NCBI GenBank assembly: GCA_043228905.1
Contig: JBHGNT010000003.1
Span: 23,250,001 to 23,314,000, forward strand
From: Azolla caroliniana
Lineage: Eukaryota > Plantae > Polypodiophyta
Direction: 5' to 3'
DNA length: 64,000 bases
The position numbers and the translations under genes are program-made. Under the pieces are notes generated by a model. The model had not been told where the DNA came from. It saw only the letters and a program-made list of their open reading frames with translations, and searched no databases. Every line of letters starts with the position of its first letter. Position 1 is the stretch's first letter. This document shows, one piece after another, positions 33,736 to 45,430 of this stretch.

Positions 33736-36700
33736 TTAGCCAAGTAGCGGGAAAGGGATCTGTCTTTCGTAGTGCTCGTGGCACAGCCATGTGACTCGAT
33801 TGCTACCGTCCGATGTGTACATGGCACGCCGAAGGAGGAACTTCTTGGCTATGTTGTCGTCGGTCATGCCCCCATGTTGTGCCAACACGGACACCAAGCA
33901 CTCTTGCCAGTGTCCGAAAGACCGCAACCATGGACACACACGAGACGTGGCGGACAACTCTTCTTTCCCGATGCCGGCATTGAGGCCGGGAAGCCAGCCA
34001 AGCATGGTCGAGGTCGTTGGAGGAGCTAGAATGTTGATGCCTACTGTAGCTGCTATGGTGAAAGTGCGAAGGAGACGATTCGCATACAGAATGGCTCTGT
34101 GTAGAGCCTCTGAGAAAGAGGTGAGTGTGATCCCCAATTGCTCTTCTATTAGGTGCGGCGATCCCCTGTCCTCGCAGCAGAGCTTGATTTGCACAGACAG
34201 CAAATGATGGTCTCCCATCAGTGAAGTCACTACCTTCATTGTGTCGCTCGCCCCTTTGGTCGTGAGGAAGACCAAACGAGGGAGCTGCTTGTCAGATCCA
34301 TTCTCCATAGCACAATTCAATAGCTTGTCTGCAGCTTCCATAACCTTGCTCACGACATCGCTTCGCATACAATCGATTTCTTTATGCAGTTCATCGATCC
34401 TCTTCTTCATTTCACCCACCTTATCATGTAACCTTATGATCTCTTGATGACTGGCAATAACTTTTTCTTTGATTGAATTTAGAGTGGATTCTATGTCCAT
34501 GAACACCGACCTTGACATCCCCACGCGAAACGGTACCTCCTGATCTCCCTTTTCAGATATTTGATCTTCTTGCAGACTAGTTGGGTTATTTTGAAAGCCA
34601 CTTCTTGTCCTATCTTGGTGCAGAGTTTCATGTTGCTGGAATACATGGGCCTCATCATTTTCCATTAATTCGTCAGCCACCTCTTTCAACCACGATTTAA
34701 AAGACATGAGAACCTCTAAGTAATTCTTGTAGCCGAGGAGATCAATCCAAGAAGTTGTTGTACAAACATTCATATACTTAGAAGAGTTTTTCCAATTATG
34801 ACATGGTGGGCGGCCTTCCTCAAGTTGATTTCGTAGTTGTTGCTTCAAATGAGTTATTTCCATGCATTGATCTTCTCTGTTTTGTGCCATTGAAGGGTCA
34901 TGTAAGGAGTCAGGTTGAATGACACTTTCAATCAACTTGACTCCTTGGATGCCTTTGGGTTGGTCGTAGACCTTGATAACAGTTTCAATGATATGATCTT
35001 CTACATAATCTATCATCCTTGCCATGTCTTCTTGATTGTTGGTCTCAGCTCGAACCAACACATCTATCACATTGTCTGCTTTTGCTTGAGAAAACACCAC
35101 TATGATCTCCATGGTTGGCATTGGTACACAAATGGATATGAAATCTTTGCCAAGCTTTATATCAGCATTGACCACTTGGAATGCTTCGTTCAATAACACT
35201 TGAATCCTTAGGAACAAACTTGGTGTGAGAAAGTTGAGATCTCTGTTTTCACAGGCAAGCCTTCGGCCAATAAATGAAGAAGTATTATCATGTGAACTGC
35301 CGGAGGAGGTTGTCCATTGGAGTTGTTCCATTCCTAGATCTAACTCTTTGGGATCTGACAATATGTGTGGGACAAAGAGGCAATCTCCATTCCTTGTTGC
35401 GTTGTCAAGGTTATTGGGAACCTTAAAACACAAATTCATTGCCTCCATCAAATCCACCAATATAGACCCTTTTACTTGAGATTTAGTAAGGGATTCCAGC
35501 TCTGCCTCCAAGAAACCTCGACTTGTATAAAATCTGTGGTTTGCCTTGGTCCTAGATGCTCTACGCTCTGGGAAATGAATTAGCCTTCTCATGATCTGAG
35601 TACAGAACCAATTGGGATCAAGAACAATGTGTGCTGTAATGTTGTCATATAGGATAATCCCAGACTCAATCAAAGATGAAGCGATCGCTTTCAATTTAGC
35701 TTCATCATCTGGAACGGAAAGTTGAACCCTGCAGATTTCGCTAAATTGTGACCATGTAATGATTCGTTGGTTGGATGTCTTCAAATGATTCGACAAATGG
35801 CTCCTTACTTGTGTGCAGATTTTGTACACCTCAATACCTTCAAGCATTTGCTTTGCAATGCCAAAGACATATTCTGCTAGAGTTTTGACAGACTCCTTTC
35901 TTGCAGCATCCACTGAGAAACTTGGGTCAACTATGTGAATGATCTCTTTAAACTCGGATCGAAGCGAATTAATCGTCAAGGAGAGATCACTTGAGCAGAG
36001 ATCCATTCGATCTGCACACATGAATACCACGATCACTTTCGGAGCAATGCTAAGTTGGCGGCTTTTGGAGGCAAGAAACTTGAGCCAATACCTGAATCCT
36101 ATTTCAAATTCCTCCTCCTGTTTTTTCTGCGTTCCATCTCTTCTATCTTTCCTGTGTGTAATGGAACTCCACACAAACATGAGCATAGGTGGAGCTTGAT
36201 GGGAGCTATATTGCCCTAAGTTTGGGAACATAAAATCTTGGAATGCATGGAATTCTGGTCGACCTGCCATTTCCCACACAGACAATCCAAGTCCTTCTTT
36301 CTCGATGGCTTGGAATTGGATTCCTTGTGTGCGATCCCCTGCGATTCTTCCAACTTTGGGAAGCCTAAATGTTCTCACTGTATGTTTCTTGCCTGCATAG
36401 ATGGAATGCATGGTGGATAGAAGGCTAGTCTTATTCGCTCCTGCACGAACAAACTACATATTATGCGCTTAAACACAGAGAAACGCAAAACAGTATTAGG
36501 TAAAAGTCAGTAGTTTGCCTGCATCTGGATGATCTCTGCAGATGAACAGCCGCATGGATGTGGCCGAAACTTTCTCAAGATCACCTCCCAACATGAATAG
36601 GCGTTGATTCCTCGCGATCTGAGCTTCAATGGTGGGATCCATGTTCTCTAAGCCCTTCAGCTCCAGGAATGGAATGCCTGAGCGAGAAAGTGCATCCATA

Positions 36701-37707
36701 ACCGCAGCCACAATAGCTCGATTGGAGTCAAGATCAGTGGCATTACAGAACAGGCGGCCTAACGTGAACCTGTATAATCGAGCAGGAGACTGCGCGAGTT
36801 CTTCCATGCAATCCAACAGATACTCGTTTTTCATGACACAGCCGTCTACTAAAGTAAGCTCTTTGAGCTGGGGCCAGTGGTGCAGGAAGCCACGGAAGCT
36901 CCTCCGCTTGGGGCCATGGCTCATGAGGATTCCGTGGAGATCCAGCCTCTGGAGAGAGGCTGCAAGGGATGAATGTGAGGGATGCAGGTCTGCCAATTTC
37001 TCGACGAACTCTGGCGATACAACATCACCCAGGAGGTGAAGGCTAGTGAGGGAGCAGAGCTCGCTTAGCTTGGTTATGCATTCATCTCCATGCATCCTGC
37101 AGACCTGCAGGGAGAGATCCTGCAGGCCATGGCATGACTTGAGGACAGTCAGCAGATCAGAGACATTCAAGGCATTGCACTCTCTGATGATCAAACTGCT
37201 CGGGGCAGCATCACGATCTGCAGCTTGAGACAGAGCCTCCAGCCAATCCGAGGCTTCGCGTGGAGACAGATTATTTAGGTACAGGAGATGAACCGCTCCT
37301 CCGCCGAAATTGGCGGCATCCCGGAGGTACTCCATCCTCCGGTCGGCCGCCAATTCTGGCGGCATCACGGGGTCTCCAAGATCAATCATGATGTCTTTGG
37401 TGCCCCACTCGAGCAGGCCGACACTCGACAGGTAATTGATGGTGCCGGCGACTCGGCTGCTATCGATGAGGAAAAGCTTCCTAACATCGGTTACACGAAT
37501 CAGATGAGAGAGGCCCCGATGATCGCGATCGTGTTCGGCCCCGGCCCCGCGGATGAACCCGAGCACCTCGAAACGATCGAGGGATGCCCTCGATTTCGCG
37601 AGGGCATCTCGGATAAATTCGGAATCCCAGATCCTCTTCACGTAGGCATGGGGTGGTGGGAGCTTCTCATGGTGATGGACCATGGTGGGAGCAGCCTCCT
37701 TATCCAT
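33736..37707 (-). CDS. TRN1-like: TORNADO1-like LRR-Roc-COR protein, copy 1 (degenerate GTPase motifs); exons 37707-36519 and 36440-33736, ~1297 aa
   Basis: LxxLxL repeats (LQDLSL, LTSLHL, LQRLDL, LKELTL); Roc WEMAGRPEFHAFQDFMFP and RYWLKFLAS; COR IVLDPNWFC and GRRLAC; TRN1-type tail LCCE..H and FLLRRA..WLCHEH. A 78-nt GC-AG intron joins the two ORFs in frame. Confidence 0.85.
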
Positions 37708-37889
37708 GGTATCAACAGAGATGGTGATTGTATAAGGGAAGCTATAGCACCAAGGGACACTACAATTGAAGTGAAAGACTTGCAATGTGGAAGTCTACTC
37801 CAATTGAAAGTGTATTTCTATCATTGAAAGAATGAACCATGCTAATTAAACCCTTCCCTTCCATTACATGTTCATCAAGTACTTTTTTC

Positions 37890-38650
37890 GAAAGTGTGGA
37901 TTCCACGAGGACGAGACACGTAGATGGACGAGGTCTTGTCTCACTAGACCCCATCTTTGGGTGTGTGGATGTTGGAAGTATTGTTGTGGGTTCAATAACA
38001 AGACACAATGGACCAAATCTTGTCTCGCTAGATATAATCTTCGAATGTGTGGATGGTGGAAGTTATATTGTTGTGGATTCGTAACTATCTAAGCACAAGA
38101 AAGACTTTGAACAAGTATGTGTGGTCTAGTAGAATATCTTGTGTCGATGGTGGAAATATGATTGGCCTATATCTTCGTAATGTCCATGACACGAGAAGAT
38201 AATAATCTTATAAGCCAAGTTGAGAAAGAATGACTCCATATCCTCGAATGTGGATGGTGGAAGTATCATTGACATTCGTGACACGAGAAGACAATCAACT
38301 AAAGTCTTGTCTCACTAGACCCCATCAAATGTGTGGATAGTGGAAGTATTATTGGTGTATCTTCATAACCATTGTGACACGAGAAGACAATGGTCTAAGT
38401 CTTGTCACGCACGCTCAAATGTGTGGATGGTGCAAGTATTATTGATGTATCTTTATGACCAATGCGACATGAGAAGACAATGGACTAAGTCTAGTCTACC
38501 TGGATTGTGTTGAATGTGTGGGTTGTGGACATTCTATTGAAATATCTTTATAACTATGTGAAATACAACAAGACAGTGGACTAAGTCTAGAGTATCATTG
38601 AATATGTGGATGCCTAGACTCCATGGAATGTGTAGATGGTGGAAATAATA
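37890..38650. repeat. Degenerate ~85-110-bp tandem repeat (~8 units) upstream of Roco copy 1
   Basis: Recurrent AATGTGTGGATGGTGGAAGTA and GAGAAGACAATGGACTAAGTCTTGTC. Confidence 0.75.
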
Positions 38651-39480
38651 ATACTATTCAAGCAATCTCTAGTAATATTAAATTATTGAACATACAATCT
38701 TGCCACATACTCTTCTTTCATTATCCATGCGCTTTAGATGTTTATGAATTAATCTTTGAGTTTGGGCAACTTGCATCATCTTTTCCTATCTATATTGTTA
38801 CAAAGTCATCACAATTGACGTGCCTCAAGAGATAATCGACATGACAGATCACATGACCTAACCTTAAAATTAGCTAGACAATGTCACAAAACACAATTTT
38901 TTATGGTATTAAAATACATAATAGAAATGGAACTAGCATGTTAAAGGATCTACATCATCATGCAACACAATACTTCTATATGTATTTGCACATATCTTAA
39001 TTCATATATCACCTTTTCAAAGTCACTACACTTAAAAAATTGCTGAAAACATGAGAACACATTTTTAAAAAAATGAGAATTACAATGACCAGATGACATT
39101 CTCATAGACTTGAGGTTGTTCAATTAGAAAACGGTTCCACAAATTAATGGCTCGTGATGTATCCATTTTGAAGGATGGATGAGGGGATATTGGCACAACA
39201 TTGCTTTTTCTTTTTCGTACCTCTTCTTTACAAATATATTCATGGCATGGCATTTCGGTTTTCCAAGATATAATGATGGCATGCGACTTATACTTATGGG
39301 CCATTTAATCAAATGATGATAGCCTTAGTCCTTGCACCTTCAAAAGAAGAATATCGAATAAGAATATGAATATCCATGTTCTTTGGTTTCATGTAAGCTA
39401 TTGAGTAATACCACGAGGACAATGGTTTTCTAGGTTTCCTCTAATAACAAGAAGTTATATACATACATATGTTATATATG

Positions 39481-39751
39481 TATGTATAGCTTGCAAGGTT
39501 TCTTTGGTCATAATGGTGAACTTGTGAATAACACCATTTGATTTAGGTTTTGTAAAACCATAAGAAGATATTATTCTTCTCCTTTTTGGAGAAAGTTGTG
39601 ACTCCTGACTGTATGCATAGCTTGCAAGGTTTCTTTGGTCATAATGGTGAACTTGTGAATAACACCATTTGCTTTAGGTTTTGTAAAACCATAAGAAGAT
39701 ATTATTCTTCTCCTTTTTGGAGAAAGTTGTGACTCTTGACTATATGCATAG
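39481..39751. repeat. 131-bp tandem duplication
   Basis: TATG.ATAGCTTGCAAGGTTTC at 39481 and 39612, near-identical units. Confidence 0.92.
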
Positions 39752-40922
39752 TCTCATCTTTCTTGAATGTTGTGATAAAAAAATGAGCAAGGCATTTCTA
39801 GATTAGGAAGCAAAAAACTCCATTTACTTTAAAATCAAGAAACGTCGGTCACTATTTATTATATTAGAGAATTGTTTATTGTTATGAACTCTGAGCATTT
39901 ATTACCAATGAAGGAATACTCAAAAAGCTTACAATAGCTTCATTGTTTAAAGCCATTGAGGAAGTAGTTTTAGAGAGCGAGTTGTGGACAAAACCGCATT
40001 AGTAGGGGATATACTTTAGCTTAGTGAGAAATGCAATTGTCAATATTTATAGTGTTCTTCACATAAACATGTAATTTAATCATCTTTTAGGTTAATTTTC
40101 ATAATAGTATTGATCACTTGCATCTACTAGAGGCCATTTCTAATTAAGCAATCAAAACCTACAACTAATTCTCCCAATTGGTTCATGGCCAATTAATATA
40201 TATGCTATTGTGTTATATGAGAAAAAAATTTAGGGATTGAATCATTTTAGTAACAAAATTTCATTTGGATGACTTTTACCAAGGAGATTTGGAATGGTTT
40301 AATTTACGAGAATATTTTGATTAGTTGATCCAAACACTATGATAGAGGTGGGAATAGTACCTTGAACCCTATTGTACTATGTCTAATGTTTGGTTATTTT
40401 TATTGTTTCTCCATCCCTAGAGCCATATATAGGTTATAAATGTTCCAATATCTAGGCCTTTCTTTGTGTTTGGCTTTTCTGATTGGGGGGAGTGGGGGAC
40501 CACTACATTAGTTTTGAATAAGGTATATCCTATGATTGGTCGTATTAGAGCAGAAATTTCTACATTCCCATAGTGTAATTGATTGAAGGTATAAATAATC
40601 CTAGAGTCTACATAATATGCTAATAATATAGAGGCATGAGACAACTTACAAGTCTTTAAATGTATTTCATGAATGTAAAGAGTGTTTAACTTTTAAATGA
40701 AGCTCTCTTAGATGATTATTTGTACCAACAAATTTTCTACCTACTTGCATCAACATTGAGCCAAGTAGAAAATATATGTGTCATATTTAAAAATGCATCG
40801 GGGTTGTATGTTCACTTAAGAAAACCAAAGAAATTTACAGCAAATTTCAACACAAACCTTTCAAGCTAACAAGAAATCATTGTCTTTGTAGCATATACAG
40901 TGCATATGTTAATTTTATGATC

Positions 40923-43900
40923 TTAGCCTAGGGAGTAAGGCATTTGTTCTTTGTAGTGCATGTCACATAGCCACGCAACGTAATCACTCCCATCTCCTTT
41001 TTTGCAAATGGCGCGCTGGAGTCGGAACTTCTCGAGTATGTTTTGGTCGGTCAAGCCTCCGTTGTCCGTCAATATGGACGCCAAGCACTTCTGCCACTCT
41101 CGGAAAGACTCCTCGGACATGTTAGGACACACATGAGAGATGATGCTTGGTGTACCCATGGACGCATCATTTTCTGGTCTAACAGTCTTAGATATCATGG
41201 GGTACTCCTTGACCCCTGGGATGTTGGGAAGCCAATTGGGCAGGACAGCTAAACAGTTAACGCTGAGCTTGGCAGCTAAAGACAGGATAAAGACAATGTG
41301 ATTAATGTATGGGAGGGCTTTGTGTAGAGCCTTGGACAGGGGTTTGGAGAGGGAGGTGAGAGTGATCCCGGCTTGTTTCTCCACCGGGTGTGGCGACCCC
41401 TCGTACTCGCAATAGAGCTCGAGCCGAATAGCTGAGGCATGGTCGCCGAACAGCGAGGTCACCAACTTCCTTATCGTATTCACACCTTCGGTCGTAAGGA
41501 CGACGAGACGAGGGAGTTGCTTATCGGCCTCGTTGTCCACCGCAAACTTGAGCAGCTTGTCCATGGATTTCACAACCTTCCTCATGACATCTTCCCTCAT
41601 ACATTTCACCTCTTCATGTAGATCATCCAACTTGGTGCCAATGGCATCCACTTTATCATGTAGCCTCAAGACCACTCCATGAGTCACATCCACTTTATCA
41701 TCTATCCTCAAGGCCACTCCATGACTCACATCCACCTTATCATGTAGCCTATAGACCTCCCTCAAGATCTCCCTTACCATTCCCCTGCCACATTGTAATT
41801 CCACTCCCTCTTCTTGTATTTCTTCCTTGTCCAGATCAATGTTGTCAAGCATTTTCTTCTTCGGATCTTGATTACTACTAGTCACATCTTGATGACCTCG
41901 ATTCTGAACGTATTCGTCATTTTGCAATAGTGCATCCGTCTTTTCACTCACCTCTTTCAACCATGATTTACAAGAGCTGATGACTTGTGAGTAATTAGTG
42001 GGACCGATAAGGTTAATGAAAGAAGTTGTCCTAAGCATAGCCATAGACTTAGTTTCCTTCCAAACATAACATGGTGGGTGTCCTTGCTCAAGTTGCTGCC
42101 TTAGTGTTTGCTTTAAATAGTTCATCTCCACACATTGATCTCTATTTCGTGTCATCGATGGGTCATGCAAAGAGTCGGGCCGGATCACACTCTCAACCAA
42201 CTTAACCCCTTGGATACCAGCTGGTTGTGCACAAACCGTAACCAAAGTGTAGATGATAAGCTCTTCCACGTAAGATACGGCCCGTGCCATGTCTTCTTGA
42301 CTATTGTTTGGAGCCCGGACCAACACATCTATCACATGATCTGATTTTGTTCGACAAAAAGCCACAATGATCTCCATCATTTCCACACAAATGGATATGG
42401 AATCTTTGCGGAGAATCACGTCAGCATTGACATGATCTTGCTGGAATACAATGTTGAATAACACTTGGATTCTTGGAAACAGACCTGGTGTAAGAAAGTT
42501 GAGGTCTTTATTCTCGCACTCTAACCTTCTACCCATATATACATAAGTATTATCGTCCGAATTTTGTGGGGTTGAGGTGGAGGATCTCCACTGGAGTTGT
42601 TCCACACCCACATATAATTTTCTGGGATCCGTCAGTGTAGCTGGGATAAAGAGATGATCTGCATCACTTGTTGAGACACCAAGATCATTGGGGACTTTGC
42701 AACATAGGTGCATTGCTTCCATCAAATCCACCAATAGAGACCCCTTCACTTCAGATTTGGTAAGCAGCTCCAACTTGGCTTGTAGGAAGGCACGAGTGGT
42801 GAATCCATGAATCTCGATCGTCTCGCATGCTTTAGACTCCGTGAAATGGATCAAGCTTCCCATGATTTGATTGCAAAACCAATTGGGATCAAGAACAATG
42901 TATCCAATGTTGTTTACATATATGATGATTCCGGAATCGTTCAAAGACAAGGCGATTGCTTTTAATTTAGCATCATCATTGGGAATAGGAAGATGCTTGC
43001 AGATTTCAGTGAACTCGGACCATGTAATGATTCGTCGCTTGGATGCCTTTAAATACTTTGACAGATGCTCGCTCACCTCTTTGCAGATGCCATACACTTG
43101 GACACCTAACAGCATCTCTTTTGAAGTCTTGAAGATCATTTCTGAGACAGCTTTGACAGACTCCTTCTTTCTGGCATCCACTTCAAAAGGAGGGTAGGCT
43201 ATGTCAATGATGCCTTTAAACATAGATCGAAGCGAATTAATTGAAGCTGATACAGCACTTCCAACAATATTCATTTGATCGAGCCGCGTTAATACCACGA
43301 CGACTTTGATAGCAACGTTAGATTGGGGGCTTTTGGAAGCGAGAAACTTGAGCCAGTACCTGAAGCTTGATTCGAATTCCTCGATTTCTTTCTTTTTACC
43401 CTTTCTGCTGTTCTGGCTGTGCATGGGACTCCAAACAAACATGAACATAGATGGAGCTTGATAAGAGCTTGTTCCGATGTCGGGGAACATGCAGTCATGG
43501 AATGCATGGAATTCTTGATGGCCCGCCATGTCCCACAGAGACAATCGGATTCCGTCTTTCCTGATGGCTCGGACTTCGATTCCTCGTGTGCGATCCGGCG
43601 AGGTATGTCCGCAGGCAATGAGGGTTCGCATCTTAGCTCTCTTGCCTGCGTAAATGGAATGCATGGTGGATAGAAGGGTAGTCTTTCCTGCAAGAATAGA
43701 CAAGTTACAATACAAGATTGATTTAGCTTGATAAGCAGGCATGCATCCATCCATGGATTTACTGTGTCAGAGGTAAATTAGGGAAAGGAGGTGAAAGGAA
43801 AAGCAAAATAAAGGTTTCATGGGAAGGGAGTGATTAATTTGCCTGCCTGCAAATGGATCCCCGCATATGAAAAGGCGCATGGAAGTAGCCGGCACTTTCT

Positions 43901-45017
43901 GAAGGTCTCCCAAGATGAACAGGCGTTGGTTCCTTTTGAGCTGGGCTTCAATGGCAGGATCAATGGTACCTAAGCCTCGTAGCTGCAGGAATGGGAGCCC
44001 AGACAGAGAAAGCGCATCCACGATGGCACGGGTAGTTCGTGGGGACTCCAGGCCTGTCGTATAGCGTAAGGTTCCTAAGGTGAGGCTCTCTAATGGAGCA
44101 GGAGATGAAGAAAGTGGGGTTTTGCTTGTCGTCTGCTTCTTCTTGGACTGTTGTTCTAGGTCTTCCATGCAGCAGATTAGGTCATCTTCTTTGAAGTTGT
44201 AGAAGTCTATGAGAGTAAGATCTTTGAGGTGGGGCCAATGGTGCAGGAAACCGGCGAGGCTCGTGCTGAGGGATGGAGATTCGCCATGGGGGATTATCTC
44301 CATGTGCAGGCTCTGCAGAGAGGCTGCGAGGGGAGAATGCGAGGGATGAAGATCTGACAGTTTCCTCAGGAACTGGCTGGAGACCACCACATCCTGAAGG
44401 TGGAGGCTAGTGAGGGATCTGAGGCAGCTCAAGAGCTGAATGCATTCATCGCTGACATTTCTGAAGTACTGCAGGGAGAGATGCTGCAGGCCCTTGCTTC
44501 TCTGGAGGGCACTGAGGAGGCCATGGACATGGAAGCTGCAATGAGTGATGAGCAAGCTCATGGGGGCCGCGGAGCCGCGCTCCGCCGCCACAGACAGTGC
44601 CTCCAGCCATGCCTGACTGTCGGCTTCCGAGAGATTCAGGAGATAGACTGCTCCCCCGATGAAATTCGCAGCATCCCAGAGGTGCTCCGCCCTTCTTCTT
44701 CGGCTCGATTCATCCTTTTCTTGGGCACCCAGATCGATCATGAGGTCTCGGCTCCCCCACTCGCGCCGCCCCCCGTCATTATTATTGCCCGACCAATAAC
44801 ATATGGACTCGATCCCTCTGCTGCTGTCGATGAGGAAGACATTCTTCGTATCGGTGGCTTTGATCGCATCAGAGAGCTCATGCCCGCCATGGCTAGATCC
44901 TTTCAAGGTGGTTCTGGATCTCTCGCATGCTTCCTTGACATAATTTGAGTCCCATTCCATGAGGATGTAGGGGTGAGGCGCTTGAAGCGGCTTCCGCTGC
45001 CTCGCAACCTCGTCCAT
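40923..45017 (-). CDS. TRN1-like: TORNADO1-like LRR-Roc-COR protein, copy 2 (intact GTPase motifs); exons 45017-43847 and 43687-40923, ~1311 aa
   Basis: LRR units (LQHLSL, LTSLHL, LKDLTL, LESLTL); spliced P-loop LFICGDPFAG|KTT, RTRGIEV, WDMAGHQEFHAFHDCMFP, LTRLD; COR VLDPNWFC, FIPATL, MGRRLEC, FLTPGLFPRIQV; tail LYCE..H and WLCDMH. 159-nt GC-AG intron. Confidence 0.9.
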
Positions 45018-45100
45018 ACCTCTAAAAACCAGAAGGAGATCCCAAGGATGCAATCCGAGTCACCAGCTTATCGGATCCTCATCCTCCCCCAATTCCACAC

Positions 45101-45430
45101 AATGGCTTAGTAGTAATTCAGCACTGAGCCTAATGGCTTACTAGTGATTAATCACTGAGCCTAATGGTTTACTAGTAATTAATCACTGAGCTAATGGCTT
45201 ACTAGTAATTAGTCACTGAGCTAATGGCTTGCTAGTAATTAATCGCGGAGCTAATGGCTTGCTAGTAATTAATCACGGAGCTAATGGCTTGCTAGTAATT
45301 ATTCACTGAGCTAATGGCTTGCAAGTAATTAATCACGAAGCTAATGGCTTGCTAGTAATTAATCACGGAGCTAATGGCTTATAATAATTAATCACCGAGC
45401 TAATGGCTTACTAGTAATTAATCACTGAGC
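45101..45430. repeat. 30-bp minisatellite (11 copies) starting 84 bp upstream of the Roco copy 2 ATG
   Basis: Consensus AATGGCTTRCTAGTAATTAATCACKGAGCT. Confidence 0.93.

Noticed and set aside
37708-37785. Upstream starts of ORFs 36496-37785 and 43767-45053
   Set aside because: They are non-ATG starts; paralog similarity begins after ATGs 37707 and 45017.
43688-43754. 943-aa ORF starting at 43754 as a standalone gene
   Set aside because: Its first 22 codons are intronic and lack the GxxxxGK start; splicing to the upstream ORF restores the P-loop.
33772-44948. Plus-strand ORFs opposite the Roco genes
   Set aside because: Antisense shadows of GC-rich coding sequence.
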